DNA from: Mobula birostris
Lineage: Eukaryota
Direction: 5' to 3'
Length of the DNA stretch: 64,000 bases
Assembly: GCF_030028105.1 (NCBI RefSeq)
Contig: NC_092377.1
Span: 4,593,079-4,657,078 of the forward strand
In this document: positions 1 to 11,700 of the stretch, in pieces
Layout of the letters: each line of letters begins with the position of its first letter
How positions within the stretch are numbered: position 1 is the stretch's first letter
The notes under the pieces: model-generated
Databases searched by the model: none
What the model saw: only the letters and a program-made list of their open reading frames with translations
What the model was told of the DNA's origin: nothing
Translations under genes and position numbers: made by a program

Positions 1-619
1 TCTTGTTATTTTATGCTCTTTTATTTCATGTTCTTGTTAGTTATTGCTATTTATTTATATCTGCATTTGCACAGTTTGTTGTTCATCGATCCTGTTTACA
101 GTTACAGGACTCCAACGAAGGGTTTCGGCCCAAAACGTTGACTATACTTTATTCCAGAGATGCTGCCTGGCCTGCTGAGCTCCTTCAGCATTTTGTGTGT
201 GTTGCTCGGATTTCCGGCATCTGCAGAATTTCTCTTTGTTTACCGGTCAAGATAGCACCAGTGCACAAAGCTATCTCTTTCACTTCTTTTATATTTTCTT
301 TCTATTTCAGACGTGTTTCTGGTATCGTGAGACCCTGCAATCTTGTAGTTGTTTACACGATTTGTTTGATTTTGCACGTGGGGGGTTGCTTATCTTGTCA
401 TTTGTGTAATTTGTTTTTTGCACGTGGGGTTTTAATGTTCTTTTGACATTTGTCGCTTGTGTGTGCAGGGATAGTCTTCCTCTTTCCACTTGCATCATTT
501 GTTTTATTTTGAGCCTGGAGGTATGATGTTTTTCTTTGAACGGCTTCATGGTTTTCTTTGTTTCGTGGCTGTCTAGAGAAGACAAATCTCAGAGTTGCAT
601 AGTGCATACCCACATTGAT

Positions 620-1030
620 AGTAAATATACCTTGAACCTGAAAACAAAGCAGCTTCAGCACCAACCCCTGCAGAATACCAGTAGTCACACCAGCAGCCAA
701 CCAGGAAAGGCTCCCTTTCTTCCCAGTCTCTGCCTCCTGCCAATCAACTAATCCTTTATGCATCTTTTTTTGTAATACCATGGACTCTTAACTTGTTAAG
801 CAGCTTCATGTGTTGCACCTTGTCAAAAGCCCTCTGCAAATCCAAGTAGACAACATCCACCGATTCTCCTTTGTCTATCCTGCTTGTTATTTCTTCAAAG
901 AATTCCATTGGATTTGTCAGGCAAGATTTTCCTTTGAGGCCCATTTTGTCATGTGCCTCCAAGTACCCCTAAACCACATACGAAACAATTGGTTACAGCA
1001 CCTTCACGGCCATTGAGGTCAGGGTAACTC
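620..1030 (-). mobile_element. CR1 LINE RT fragment
   Basis: ORF 756..962 has GKSCLTN..EFFEEIT..IDKG..VDVVYLD..AFDKV, the CR1 RT motif. Confidence 0.85.
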
Positions 1031-1039
1031 GCCTATGAT

Positions 1040-1552
1040 TTCCGGCAACACACATAAAATGGTGGTCGAACTGAGAAGGCCGGGCAGCACCTACGGAAAA
1101 AACTACAGTCGACGTTTCGGGCCAAGACCCTTCAGCCGGACTGGGAAAAGAAGACAAGGAGTAGATTTAAATGTTGAGGAGGGGAGAGAGAAACACAAGG
1201 TGACAGGTGAAACTGGGAGGGGGAGGGATAAAGCAAGGAGCTGGGAAGCTGATTGATGAAAGTGATACAGCGGGAGAAGGGGAAGGCTGAATTGAGTGGA
1301 CAGAAGGCCATGGAAGAAAAAAAAGTGTGGAGGAGCACCGGAGGGAAGCGATGGGCAGGCCAGGAGATGAGGTGAGAGAGGGGAGAGGGGATAGTGAATG
1401 GTGAAGGAGAGGTAAGGGGGCTGCAGACATTACAGGAAGCTCGAGAAATCAATGCTCATGCCATCAGGTGGAGAGAACCCAGACGGAATATAAGGCGTTG
1501 TTCCTCCAACGTGATGGCACGAGCATTGATTTCTCGAGTTTCCTGTAATGTC
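1040..1552 (-). mobile_element. Penelope-like element 3' fragment (GIY-YIG C-terminus plus pLTR) with inverted terminal duplication
   Basis: Minus strand reads LEEQRLIFRLGS..PDGMSIDFSSFL* across a frameshift, followed by a pyrimidine-rich pLTR and a hammerhead-like motif. 1426-1466 is repeated inverted at 1512-1552. Confidence 0.8.
1106..1143 (-). ncRNA. Degenerate minimal hammerhead ribozyme motif in Penelope pLTR
   Basis: Minus strand: cagtc-CGGCTGA-a-ggg-tcttgg-ccc-GAAA-c-GTC-gactg. Stem I cagtc/gactg, stem II ggg/ccc; two core substitutions. Confidence 0.55.
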
Positions 1553-2377
1553 AGTACCAATTGGTATCAACGATATAGGTAGAAAAAGGGAGGAGGTCCT
1601 AAAGAGAGAATTCAGGGAGTTAGGTAGGAAGCTGAAAGGCAGTACCTCTAGGGTAGTAATCTCAGGATTGCTGCCTGTGCCACGTGCTAACGATTGTAAG
1701 GATAACATGATCAGGCATATTAATATGCGGCTGAGAGACTGGAGTAGGGGGCAGGATGCAGATCATTGGGGCCTCTACTGGGGGAGGAATGACCTGTACA
1801 AAAAGGACAGGTTACATCTGAACCCAAAGGGGTCCAATATCCTAGTGGGCACAGTTAATAGAGCTGTCAGGGAGGGTTTAAGCTAATTGGGCAGGGGGAT
1901 GTGAACCAGAGTGATAGGGCTGAGGAAGGGGAAAACAGAAATAAATCAAGGATAGCATTCAACAGAGATGATAGAAAGAACAGGCAGGAGATGAGGCTTA
2001 ATCAAAGCCAGTGGCATGAATTACATGGCAATAGAGACGTGGTGCAGTTAAAACAGAAAGCAACAAATACTGGACTGAGAGTGTTGTATTTGAATGCATG
2101 CAGCATAAGGAATAAAGTGGATGATCTTGAAATTCAGCTACAGATTGCCAAATATGACGTTGTGGCCATCTCTGAAACTTGGCTAAAAGATGGCTGCCAT
2201 TGGGAGTTGAACGTCCAAGGATATACGGTGTATCGGAAGGATAAGTTAGTAGGCAGAAGGGATGGTGTGGTCCTGTGGATTAGAAATATTCTTAAATCAT
2301 TAGAAAGCGATGAAAGGTGTGGAGTCTCTATGGGTTGAGTTAAGAAATGGCAAGGGTAAAAGGACCCTAATGGCAGT
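1553..2377 (+). mobile_element. CR1 LINE fragment: ORF1 SGNH esterase C-terminal part and start of ORF2 endonuclease
   Basis: IGINDIG...VVISGLLPV...DRLHLN, then LYLNACSIRNK...YDVVAISETW; truncated at the junction at about 2378. Confidence 0.85.
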
Positions 2378-4823
2378 TGTTTAAGTCCTTCTGCAGGCTA
2401 TCTGTTTGCTCAACAATACCTGCCCCTCTGCCAATCTTCATACCATCTGCAAACTTGGCAACAAAGCCATCAGAGTATTTTTCAAGTATGTTAAAAATTT
2501 AAAAAAAACTGTAATTGTCCATATTATCCATACTCCTCATGATTTCATAATCTTCTATCAGGTCCCCTCTCATTCTCCGGTTTTGCAGGGAATAAAGTTC
2601 GAGTGTGGCCAACCCCTCCCTATAACTCAGGCCCTCTAATCCAGGAAGCGTCCTCATTAATCTCTTTAGCACTGCCTCCAGCCTGACATGTCCTTTTGCT
2701 AACAGAGTGACCAAAACTGTACACAATACTCCAAGTCTCACTAATAATTCAAACAAATACAACATACTCTCTCAAATCTTACACTCAATGTCCTGGCTGA
2801 CGGCTAAACACTATCTTCACCAACATGTCTACCTGTGATGCCACCTTCAACAATCTATACACTTGTACTCCGAGGCCTCTCTGTGCCATCTGTTGCCCTC
2901 TGCTGGTGTTACTCTCCAAAATGCATCACCTCAGCCTAATGCAGGTTGAAATCAATTTGCCATTCCTCATCCCATCTCCCTAACAGATCCAGATCTCTTT
3001 GTAATTCATTGTCACCTGTTTCACCGTCAACAATTTCCCTTAATTTAGTGGTAGAAAAGTACAGCACAGAAACATACCCTTTGGCCCATCTAGCTGGTGC
3101 CTATTCCCATCGACCTGCCTGAGAACATAGCCCTGCATATACCAACCATCAATGTACCTCTCCAAACGTCTCTTAAACATTGAAATTGAGCTTGCATACA
3201 CCTCCTGTGCTGGAAGCTCGTTCCACAATGTCATGATCCTCTGAGTGAAGAAGTGTCTCCTCATGTTCCCCTTAAACTTTTCACCCTTCAACTTCAAATT
3301 ACACAACCTCAATGGCAAAAGCCTCCTTGCATTTACCCGATGTACATTCTGCATATCATCAGAAAAGAATGTTAGTCAGAATTCAGTCGGAGAATCGACC
3401 CACAAATATTGCACTCTGCTCCCATCATTGAGCCAATTCTGAATCCAGCTCTTCAGCTTCCCTGAATCCCATGTAATAAGGACACAAGAATATAAAAAAT
3501 AGGAGCAGGAGTCGGCCATCTGGCCCGTCGAGCCTGCTCCACCATTTAATAAGATCATGGCTGATCTGGCCATGGACTCACCTCCACCTACCCGCCTTTT
3601 CCCCATAATCCTTAATTCCCCTACTATGAAGAAATCTATCTAACCTAGTCTTAAATATATATACTGAGGTAGTCTCCACTGCTTTATTGGGCAGAGAATT
3701 CCACTGATTCACCACTCTCTGGGAATAGCAGTTCCTCCTCATCTCTGTCTTAAATCACTCCCCCGAATCTTAAGGCTATGTCCCCTAGTTGTAGTCTCAC
3801 CTATCAGTGGAAACGACATTCCTGCCTCTATCTTATCCAACCTTGAAGATTATCCTGCCTTAGGGGACCTTGTCAAAGGCCTTATTAAAGATGATGGAGA
3901 CAACATCCACTGCCTTACTGTCAACTAGTCCTTTGGTTACTCCTTTGAAAAACACCCAATGTTTTGTCAATACATGACCTCCCATGCAGAAAAGCCATGC
4001 TGACTATTCCTGATCAGACCATAAGACTATAAGACATTGGAGCAGAATTAGGCCGCTCAGCCCTTGGTGCTGAGGAAGGTAAATGCCATGTTAGCATTCA
4101 TTTCAAGAGGTCTACAATATAGGAGTAGAGATGTGATGCTGAGGCTTTATAAGGCACTGGTGAGGCCTCACCTTGAGTATTGTGAACAGTTTTGGGCTCC
4201 TTGTCTAATAAAAGATGTACTGGCATTGGAGAGGTTTCAGAGGAGGTTCACAAGGATGATTCCAGGAATAAAAGGGTTATCATACAAGGAACGCTTGATA
4301 GCTCTGGGTTTGTACTCGCTCGAATTTAGAAGGATGAGTAGAAACCTCATTGAAACCTTTCAAATGTTGAAAGGCCTATACAGAGTAGATGTGGAAAGGA
4401 TGCTTCCCTTGGTGGGGGAGTCTAGGACAAGAGGGCACAGGCTCTGGATACAGAGGTGTCCATTCAAAACAGAGATGCAGAGAAATTTCTTGAACCAGTG
4501 AGTGGTAAATTTGCATGATTTATTACCACAAGCAGCTGTGGAGGCCAGGTCATTGGGAGTATTTAAGGCAGAGATTGATAGGTTCTTGATTGGACAAGGC
4601 ATCAAAGATTACGGGGAGAAGGCCAGACAGTGGGCTTGAGGAGGGGAAAAAAGGATCAACCACGATTGGATGGTGGAGCAGACTCAATGGGCTGAATGGC
4701 CCAATTCTGCTGTTATGTCTTATGGTCTTATGGACTTGTCTCCACAGCTGTCAGGAGCAGTGAATGCCACAGCATTATCACTCTCTTGCTAAAGAAGTCC
4801 CTCCCCTTTAAGGTCTTTTAAGA
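2378..4823 (+). repeat. Direct repeat copy 1 (about 2.4 kb mosaic of CR1 fragments) upstream of V1
   Basis: Matches 6929-9868 at offset 4551; identical ORFs at 2406/6957 and 2499/7050. Confidence 0.9.
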
Positions 4824-5300
4824 CAGCGGTCCCCAACCACCGGGCCGTGGACTGTTATCGGGCTGCAAAGCATGCGCTACCGGGCCGTGAGGAAACAATA
4901 TGAGTCAGCTGCACCTTTCCTCATTCCCTGTCACACACTGTTGAACTTGAACATAGTGTTGACAACTGTCCTGTATTTGCCGGGGCATCCCGTATATTGG
5001 GCTAAATTGGTTTGTCCCGTATTTTCCCCGCAAAGGTAGAGCATTCCTATGAATCCTTTCGTGCCAAAATAGCGTAAAACGAAGAAGCAATTACCATTAG
5101 TTTATATGGGGAAAATTTTTGAGCGTAAACAGACCCAAAGAGTAACCTAAGAAATCATACCAAATAACACATAAAACCTAAAATAACATGAACATATAGT
5201 AAAAGCAGGAATGATATGATAAATACACAGCCTATATAAAGTAGAAATAACGTATGTACAATATAGTCGGGAAGATGAGGACAAAACCAATTTGTGGGGA
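4824..5300. mobile_element. Probable non-autonomous DNA transposon fragments (hAT/MITE-like end cagcggtccccaac)
   Basis: Terminal motif resembles hAT/Charlie-type ends; no partner TIR identified. Confidence 0.3.
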
Positions 5301-5364
5301 AAAAATTGGCACGTACGTGCATGCACACATCATCAACTGACCTTCCGCTGTTTACTGCCCACAG

Positions 5365-5727
5365 GTGTAAATGCAGGGACAGTCCTGATCCAATCACCAG
5401 GAGTTGTGAAGGTGCGTGAAGGTGGAACGGTGCAGATACAGTGTGACCTGCAGAGTGACAACGTGGATTACACTGTGGATAAATATGATGTACACTGGTA
5501 CGACTCACACAGTAAACTGACAGGTCATCATAATATACTTGGTCTTACCAGTACTGGCCATATTTACAGATCATGGCGCTTCTCCGATCGATTTCAGCTT
5601 TCCAGGAACGTCACCACTAACAGCTACTCACTGACCATCAGCAAGGTGAAGGTCACCGACCCTAAACTTTACATCTGTGGCATTTGGGGGTCGGTCTTTG
5701 GAAAGGGAACCCAGCTGAATGTGACCA
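5365..5727 (+). CDS. Exon V1: N-terminal V-set Ig domain with fused J segment
   Basis: Acceptor tttactgcccacag|GT, donor ACCA|gtgagt. Encodes (G)VNAGTVLIQSP...QIQC...DVHWY...DRFQLSR...SLTISKV..TDPKLYICGIWGSVFGKGTQLNVT, with B-strand Cys, C-strand Trp, F-strand Cys and FGxG. GVNA resembles the split-leader end seen in Ig V exons. Confidence 0.92.
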
Positions 5728-8700
5728 GTGAGTACTTCGTGTTGGTTGTATTTCTTGTCACGTCTCTGTATCAACATCTACAGATAACGATGACACATTG
5801 GTCCCAGTTTTATAGAAATGCCTGTTATTATTAGTTTCTGCTGCAGAATAACGACTGGGACAAACTGATTTTTTAACTGAACAATGTCGATAACTCTTCA
5901 CTGGCTCCTGAGTTCAGGGTTAATCAGGGAAAGAGGATAAATGCTGGTATTGCCAGTGATTTCCGTGTCTCTGAATAGACGAATGCAAGGTGAGGGACAG
6001 CCATTGCACGGACTCAGGTGCTGAAAAACAAAAGCACCCAGAGGAATAACAGATGCCATCTGAATAAAACAGGACATTGACTGGACTGCAGGCATCATTA
6101 AAACAATGAGGATAATAATGAGATTTTGGCCACTTACCCCAGAAAATATGTGCTGGTATTGGAGAGACCTAAGACCATGAGATATAGGAGCAGAAATTAG
6201 GCTATTTGCTCCATCATTCAATCATGTCTGATTCTCTTTTCCTCTCCTCGACCCTACTCCCAAACCTTCTCCCTGTAACCTGTGATGCCGTGTCCAATCA
6301 AGAAAAGATCAAGCTCAGCTTTAAATACACCCAACGACCTGGTATCCAGAGCTGTCTCTGGTAATAGATTACACAAATTCACCACTCTGCCTAAAGAAAT
6401 TTTTCTGCATGGGAAACGTCCTTTTCACACCTACTCTTTCTAGGCCTATCAACATTTTAAAGGTTTCAGTGAGGTGTCCCCTCATCCTTCTATATTCCAG
6501 TGAATACAGACCCAGAGCCTCATATGATAAATCTTTAATTCCCAGAATTATTGTTGTAAACCTCCTTTGAAACCTCTCCAATGCCAGCACATCTTTTCTT
6601 CGATGAGGAGCCCAAAACTGTTCACAATACTCAAGGTGAGGCCTCATCAGTGCCTTATAAAGCTTCAGCATCAAATTCTTACTCTTGTCTTCTATACCTC
6701 TTGAAATGAAAGCTAACATTGCATTTGCCTTCCTCAGCACTGGCTCAACCTGAAAGTTAACCTTCAGGGTGCTCTGCACAAGGATTCCCGGACTTTGCAT
6801 CTCAGACTTTTGAATCTTCTCCCAGTTTGGAAAATAGTCCACACACTTATTTCTACTACCAAAGTGCATGGCCATGCATTTTCCAACATTGTATTTCATT
6901 TGGAACTCTCTTGCCCATTCTCCTAATCTGTTTAAGTCCTTCTGCAGGCTATCTGTTTGCTCAACAATACCTGCCCCTCTGCCAATCTTCATACCATCTG
7001 CAAACTTGGCAACAAAGCCATCAGAGTATTTTTCAAGTATGTTAAAAATTTAAAAAAAACTGTAATTGTCCATATTATCCATACTCCTCATGATTTCATA
7101 ATCTTCTATCAGGTCCCCTCTCATTCTCCGGTTTTGCAGGGAATAAAGTTCGAGTGTGGCCAACCCCTCCCTATAACTCAGGCCCTCTAGTCCAGGAAGC
7201 GTCCTCATTAATCTCTTTAGCACTGCCTCCAGCCTGACATGTCCTTTTGCTAACAGAGTGACCAAAACTGTACACAATACTCCAAGTCTCACTAATAATT
7301 CAAACAAATACAACATACTCTCTCAAATCTTACACTCAATGTCCTGGCTGACGGCTAAACACTATCTTCACCAACATGTCTACCTGTGATGCCACCTTCA
7401 ACAATCTATACACTTGTACTCCGAGGCCTCTCTGTGCCATCTGTTGCCCTCTGCTGGTGTTACTCTCCAAAATGCATCACCTCAGCCTTATCCAGGTTGA
7501 AATCAATTTGCCATTCCTCATCCCATCTCCCTAACAGATCCAGATCTCTTTGTAATTCATTGTCACCTGTTTCACCGTCAACAATTTCCCTTAATTTAGT
7601 GGTAGAAAAGTACAGCACAGAAACATACCCTTTGGCCCATCTAGCTGGTGCCTATTCCCATCGACCTGCCTGAGAACTTAGCCCTGCATATACCAACCAT
7701 CAATGTACCTCTCCAAACGTCTCTTAAACATTGAAATTGAGCTTGCATACACCTCCTGTGCTGGAAGCTCGTTCCACAATGTCATGATCCTCTGAGTAAA
7801 GAAGTTTCTCCTCGTGTTCCCCTTAAACTTTTCACCCTTCAACTTCAAATTACACAACCTCAATGGCAAAAGCCTCCTTGCATTTACCCGATGTACATTC
7901 TGTATATCATCAGAAAAGAATATTAATCAGAATTCAGTCGGAGAATCGACCTGCAACCATCGCATTCTGCTCCCATCATTGAGCCAATTCTGAATCCACC
8001 TCTTTAGCTTCCCTGAATCCCATGTAATAAGGACACAAGAATATAAAAAATAGGAGCAGGAGTCGGCCATCTGGCCCGTCGAGCCTGCTCCACCATTCAA
8101 TAAGATCATGGCTGATCTGGCCATGGACGCATCTCCACCTACCCGCCTTTTCCCCATAATCCTTAATTCTCCTACTATGAAGAAATCTATCTAACCTAGT
8201 CTTAAATATATATACTGAGGTAGTCACTGCTTTATTGGGCAGAGAATTCCACTGATTCACCACTCTCTGGGAATAGCAGTTCCTCCTCATCTCTGTCTAA
8301 AATCACTTCCCTGAATCTTGAGGCTATGTCCCCTAGTTCTAGTCTCACCTATCAGTGGAAACAACATTCCTGCCTCTATCTTATCCAACCTTGAAGATTA
8401 TCCTGCCTTGGGGTACCTTGTCAAAGGCCTTATTAAAGATGATGGAGACAACATCCACTGCCTTACTGTCAACTAGTCCTTTGGTTACTCCTTTGAAAAA
8501 CATCCAATGTTTTGTCAGTACATGACCTCCCATGCAGAAAAGCCATGCTGACTATTCCTGATCAGACCATAAGACTATAAGACATTGGAACAGAATTAGG
8601 CCGCTCAGCCCTTGGTGCTGAGGAAGGTAAATGCCACGTTAGCATTCATTTCAAAAGATCTAGAATACAAGAGCAGGGATGAGACTTCGCGATGGCGAGG

Positions 8701-11700
8701 TTGGGATTAGTGCGGAGAGAGTGGAGGGCAGTGCGTTCAGAGGGAGTGACAATGTTTAGGAGCAACACCTCATATACTGTCTAGGTAGTCTCCAGCCCCT
8801 TGGTATGAACATAGAATTCTCCAACTTCTGGTAATTTCCTCCCCCTCCCTTTCCCTATTCCTATGTCACTCTGCCCCCTCCCCCAGCTGCCTACCACCTC
8901 CCTCATGATTCCGCCTCCTTCTACTACCCATTGTGTTTTCCCCTATTCTTTCTCCACCTTTCCTGCCTATCACCTCCCTGCCTTCCCTCCCCTACCCCTT
9001 TATCTTTCCCCTTACTGGTTTTTCACCTGGAACCTGCCAGCCTTCTCCTTCCCACCCTCACCCACCTTCTTTATAGGGCCTCTGCCCCTTCCCCCTACAG
9101 TCCTGATGAAGGGTTCCGGCCCAAAACGTCGACTGATCGTTTCCACGGATGCTGCCCGACCTGCTGAGTTCCTCCAGCGTGTTGTGAGAAGAGCAGGGGT
9201 GAGATGCTGAGGCTTTAAAGGCACTGGTGAGGCCTCACCTTGAGTATTGTGAACAGTTTTGGGCTCCTTGTCTAATAAAAGATGTGCTGGCATTGGAGAG
9301 GGATCAGAGAAGGTTCACAAGGATGATTCCAGGAATGAAAGGGTTATCATACAAGGAATGCTTGATAGCTCTGGGTCTGTACTCGCTTGAATTTAGAAGG
9401 GTGAGGGGAAATGTTGAAAGGCCTATACAGAGTAGATGTGGAAAGGATGCTTCCCATGGTGGGGGAGTCTAGGACAAGAGGGCACAGGCTCTGGATGCAG
9501 AGGTAGCCATTCAAAACAGAGATACAGAAAAATTTCTTGAACCAGAGTGGTAAATTTGCATGATTTATTACCACAAGCAGCTGTGGAGGCCAGGTCATTG
9601 GGTGTCTTTAAGGCAGAGATTGATAGGTTCTTGATTGGACAAGGCATCAAAGATTAGGGGGAGAAGGCCAGACAGTGGGCCTGAGGAGGGGAAAAAAGGA
9701 TCAACCATGATTGAACAGTGGAGCAGACTCAATGGGCTGAATGGCCCAATTTTGCTCTTATGTCTTATGGTCTTATGGACTTGGCTCCCTAGCTGTCAGG
9801 AGCAGTGAATGCCACAGCATTATCACTCTCTTGCTAAAGAAGTCCCTCCCCTTTAAGGTCTTTTAAGAGACTCCTGGATAGGTACATGGAGCTAAGAAAA
9901 ATAGAGGGCTATGGGTATCCCTAGGTAGTTTCTAAATTAAGACATGTTCGGCACAGCTTTGTGGGCTGAAGGGCCTGTATTGTGCTGCAGGTTTTCTATG
10001 TTTCTATCCCTGTTCTAAAGGGACATCCTTCTTTGCTGAGGCTGTGCCCTCTGCTCCTTGACTCCCCCACATCATTGCAACGTCCACCCTGTCTAGGCCT
10101 TTTAGTATTCGTAGTTTACAATGAGATTCCCCTTCATTCTTCTATAATTAGACAATAGGTTCAGGAGTAGGCCATTCAGCCCTTCGAGCCAGCACAGCCA
10201 TTCACTGTGATCATGGCTGATCATCCACAATCAGTACCCTGTTCCTGCCTTCTACCCATATCCCTTGGCTCTGCTATCTTTTGTGTGAATACAGGCCCAG
10301 AACCATCAAATGCTCCACATATGTTAACCCTTTCATTCCTGGGATTATTCTCCTGTACCACTTCTCCAATTCCAGCACATCCTTTCAAAGATGAGGGTTG
10401 AAAACTGCTCACCATATCCCAAGAGCAGTTTGATCCATGTCCGGTACGGTCGCAGCATTGCACCCCTTCACCAAGTAAGGTGTGCAGTTCCAGTCACCGA
10501 TCAAAAGTTTGAAACAGTGCAGAGAAAAGTTACATAGATCTTGCCAGGACTTCAGGACCTGAGTTACAGGGAAACGTTGAATAGGTCAGGAGTGTAAAAC
10601 ATTGAGGGAAGGTTTTATAGAGGTATTCAAAATTATGAGGGGTATAGATAAGACCACAAGACCACAAAGACAACACATCCTTTCTGACATATGGGGCCCC
10701 AAACTGTTGACAATACTCCAACCAGACTAGTGTCTTACAAAACCTCAGCATTATCTCCTTTGTTTTATATTCTATTCCCTTTGAGGTAAAAACTGGGCAT
10801 GGGGGAGTTGCACTGCTAATCAGGGACCAGAAATAAGACCAAAAGATATAGGAGCAGGATTAGGCCATTCAGCTCATCGAATCTGCTCCGCCATTCCATC
10901 ATGGCTGATCCCAGATCCCACTCAACCCCAAACACCTGCCTTCTTGCCATATCCTTTGATGCCCTGACCGATATACCCACGGACTTGGCCTCCACCACAG
11001 TCTGTAGTGGAGGGTTTTACAGATTCACTACTCTCTGGTTGTAATAACTCCTCCTTACCTCTGATTAACTGATGTCCCAATGAACCGGAATCTACTGTAT
11101 CTGCCTGGAACAGGTTACTGGGGTAGTAGTGGAGCAGGGAGTTTGTTTGACTTTAAGAGGATTTTCAATAGATATGTGAATACAAAGGGAATGGAGGGAT
11201 ATGAATGATACATAGGAGGAGGATATTTAACATAAATGAGCATCAAGGTTTTCACAACATCAAGGCCAGATGTCCTGTCCAGTTCTGTACTGTTCTACGT
11301 TCAATTCGAAGTGGGTGGTGATTACCTAAAGCACATATTTATCACCCAGCATTGGTCTCACCTGAACTCTGTAAACTCGGGAACAGCCACAACATAATAT
11401 TAATATCAGAAGCAATAAAGTGTTTGCACTTTCACAAGGGGTCGTGTAACAAAAGATGACTGCTTCAAGCTGGGGTTGAAGTGACGATATTCTCCCTTAC
11501 AGGTGCAGACGTTCCTGTCCTTGTCCAGTCCCCGAGCATACAGCGTGTCACTGAGGGTCACATGGTGTGGTTATGCTGTACCATGAGAAACGCCAGGCTG
11601 GAAGACACTGATGTCCACTGGTATCGGAAACTACCTGGGCAGGACATGGAGTGGGTTTTAACACATTCAGCAGGAGGCAGATCAGAGTGGGGACGGGGTT

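Larger units (their letters stand above)
6929..9868 (+). repeat. Direct repeat copy 2 downstream of V1, with a copy-specific Penelope insertion
   Basis: Colinear with 2378-4823 apart from the 8685-9188 insertion; both copies end ...aggtcttttaaga. Confidence 0.9.
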
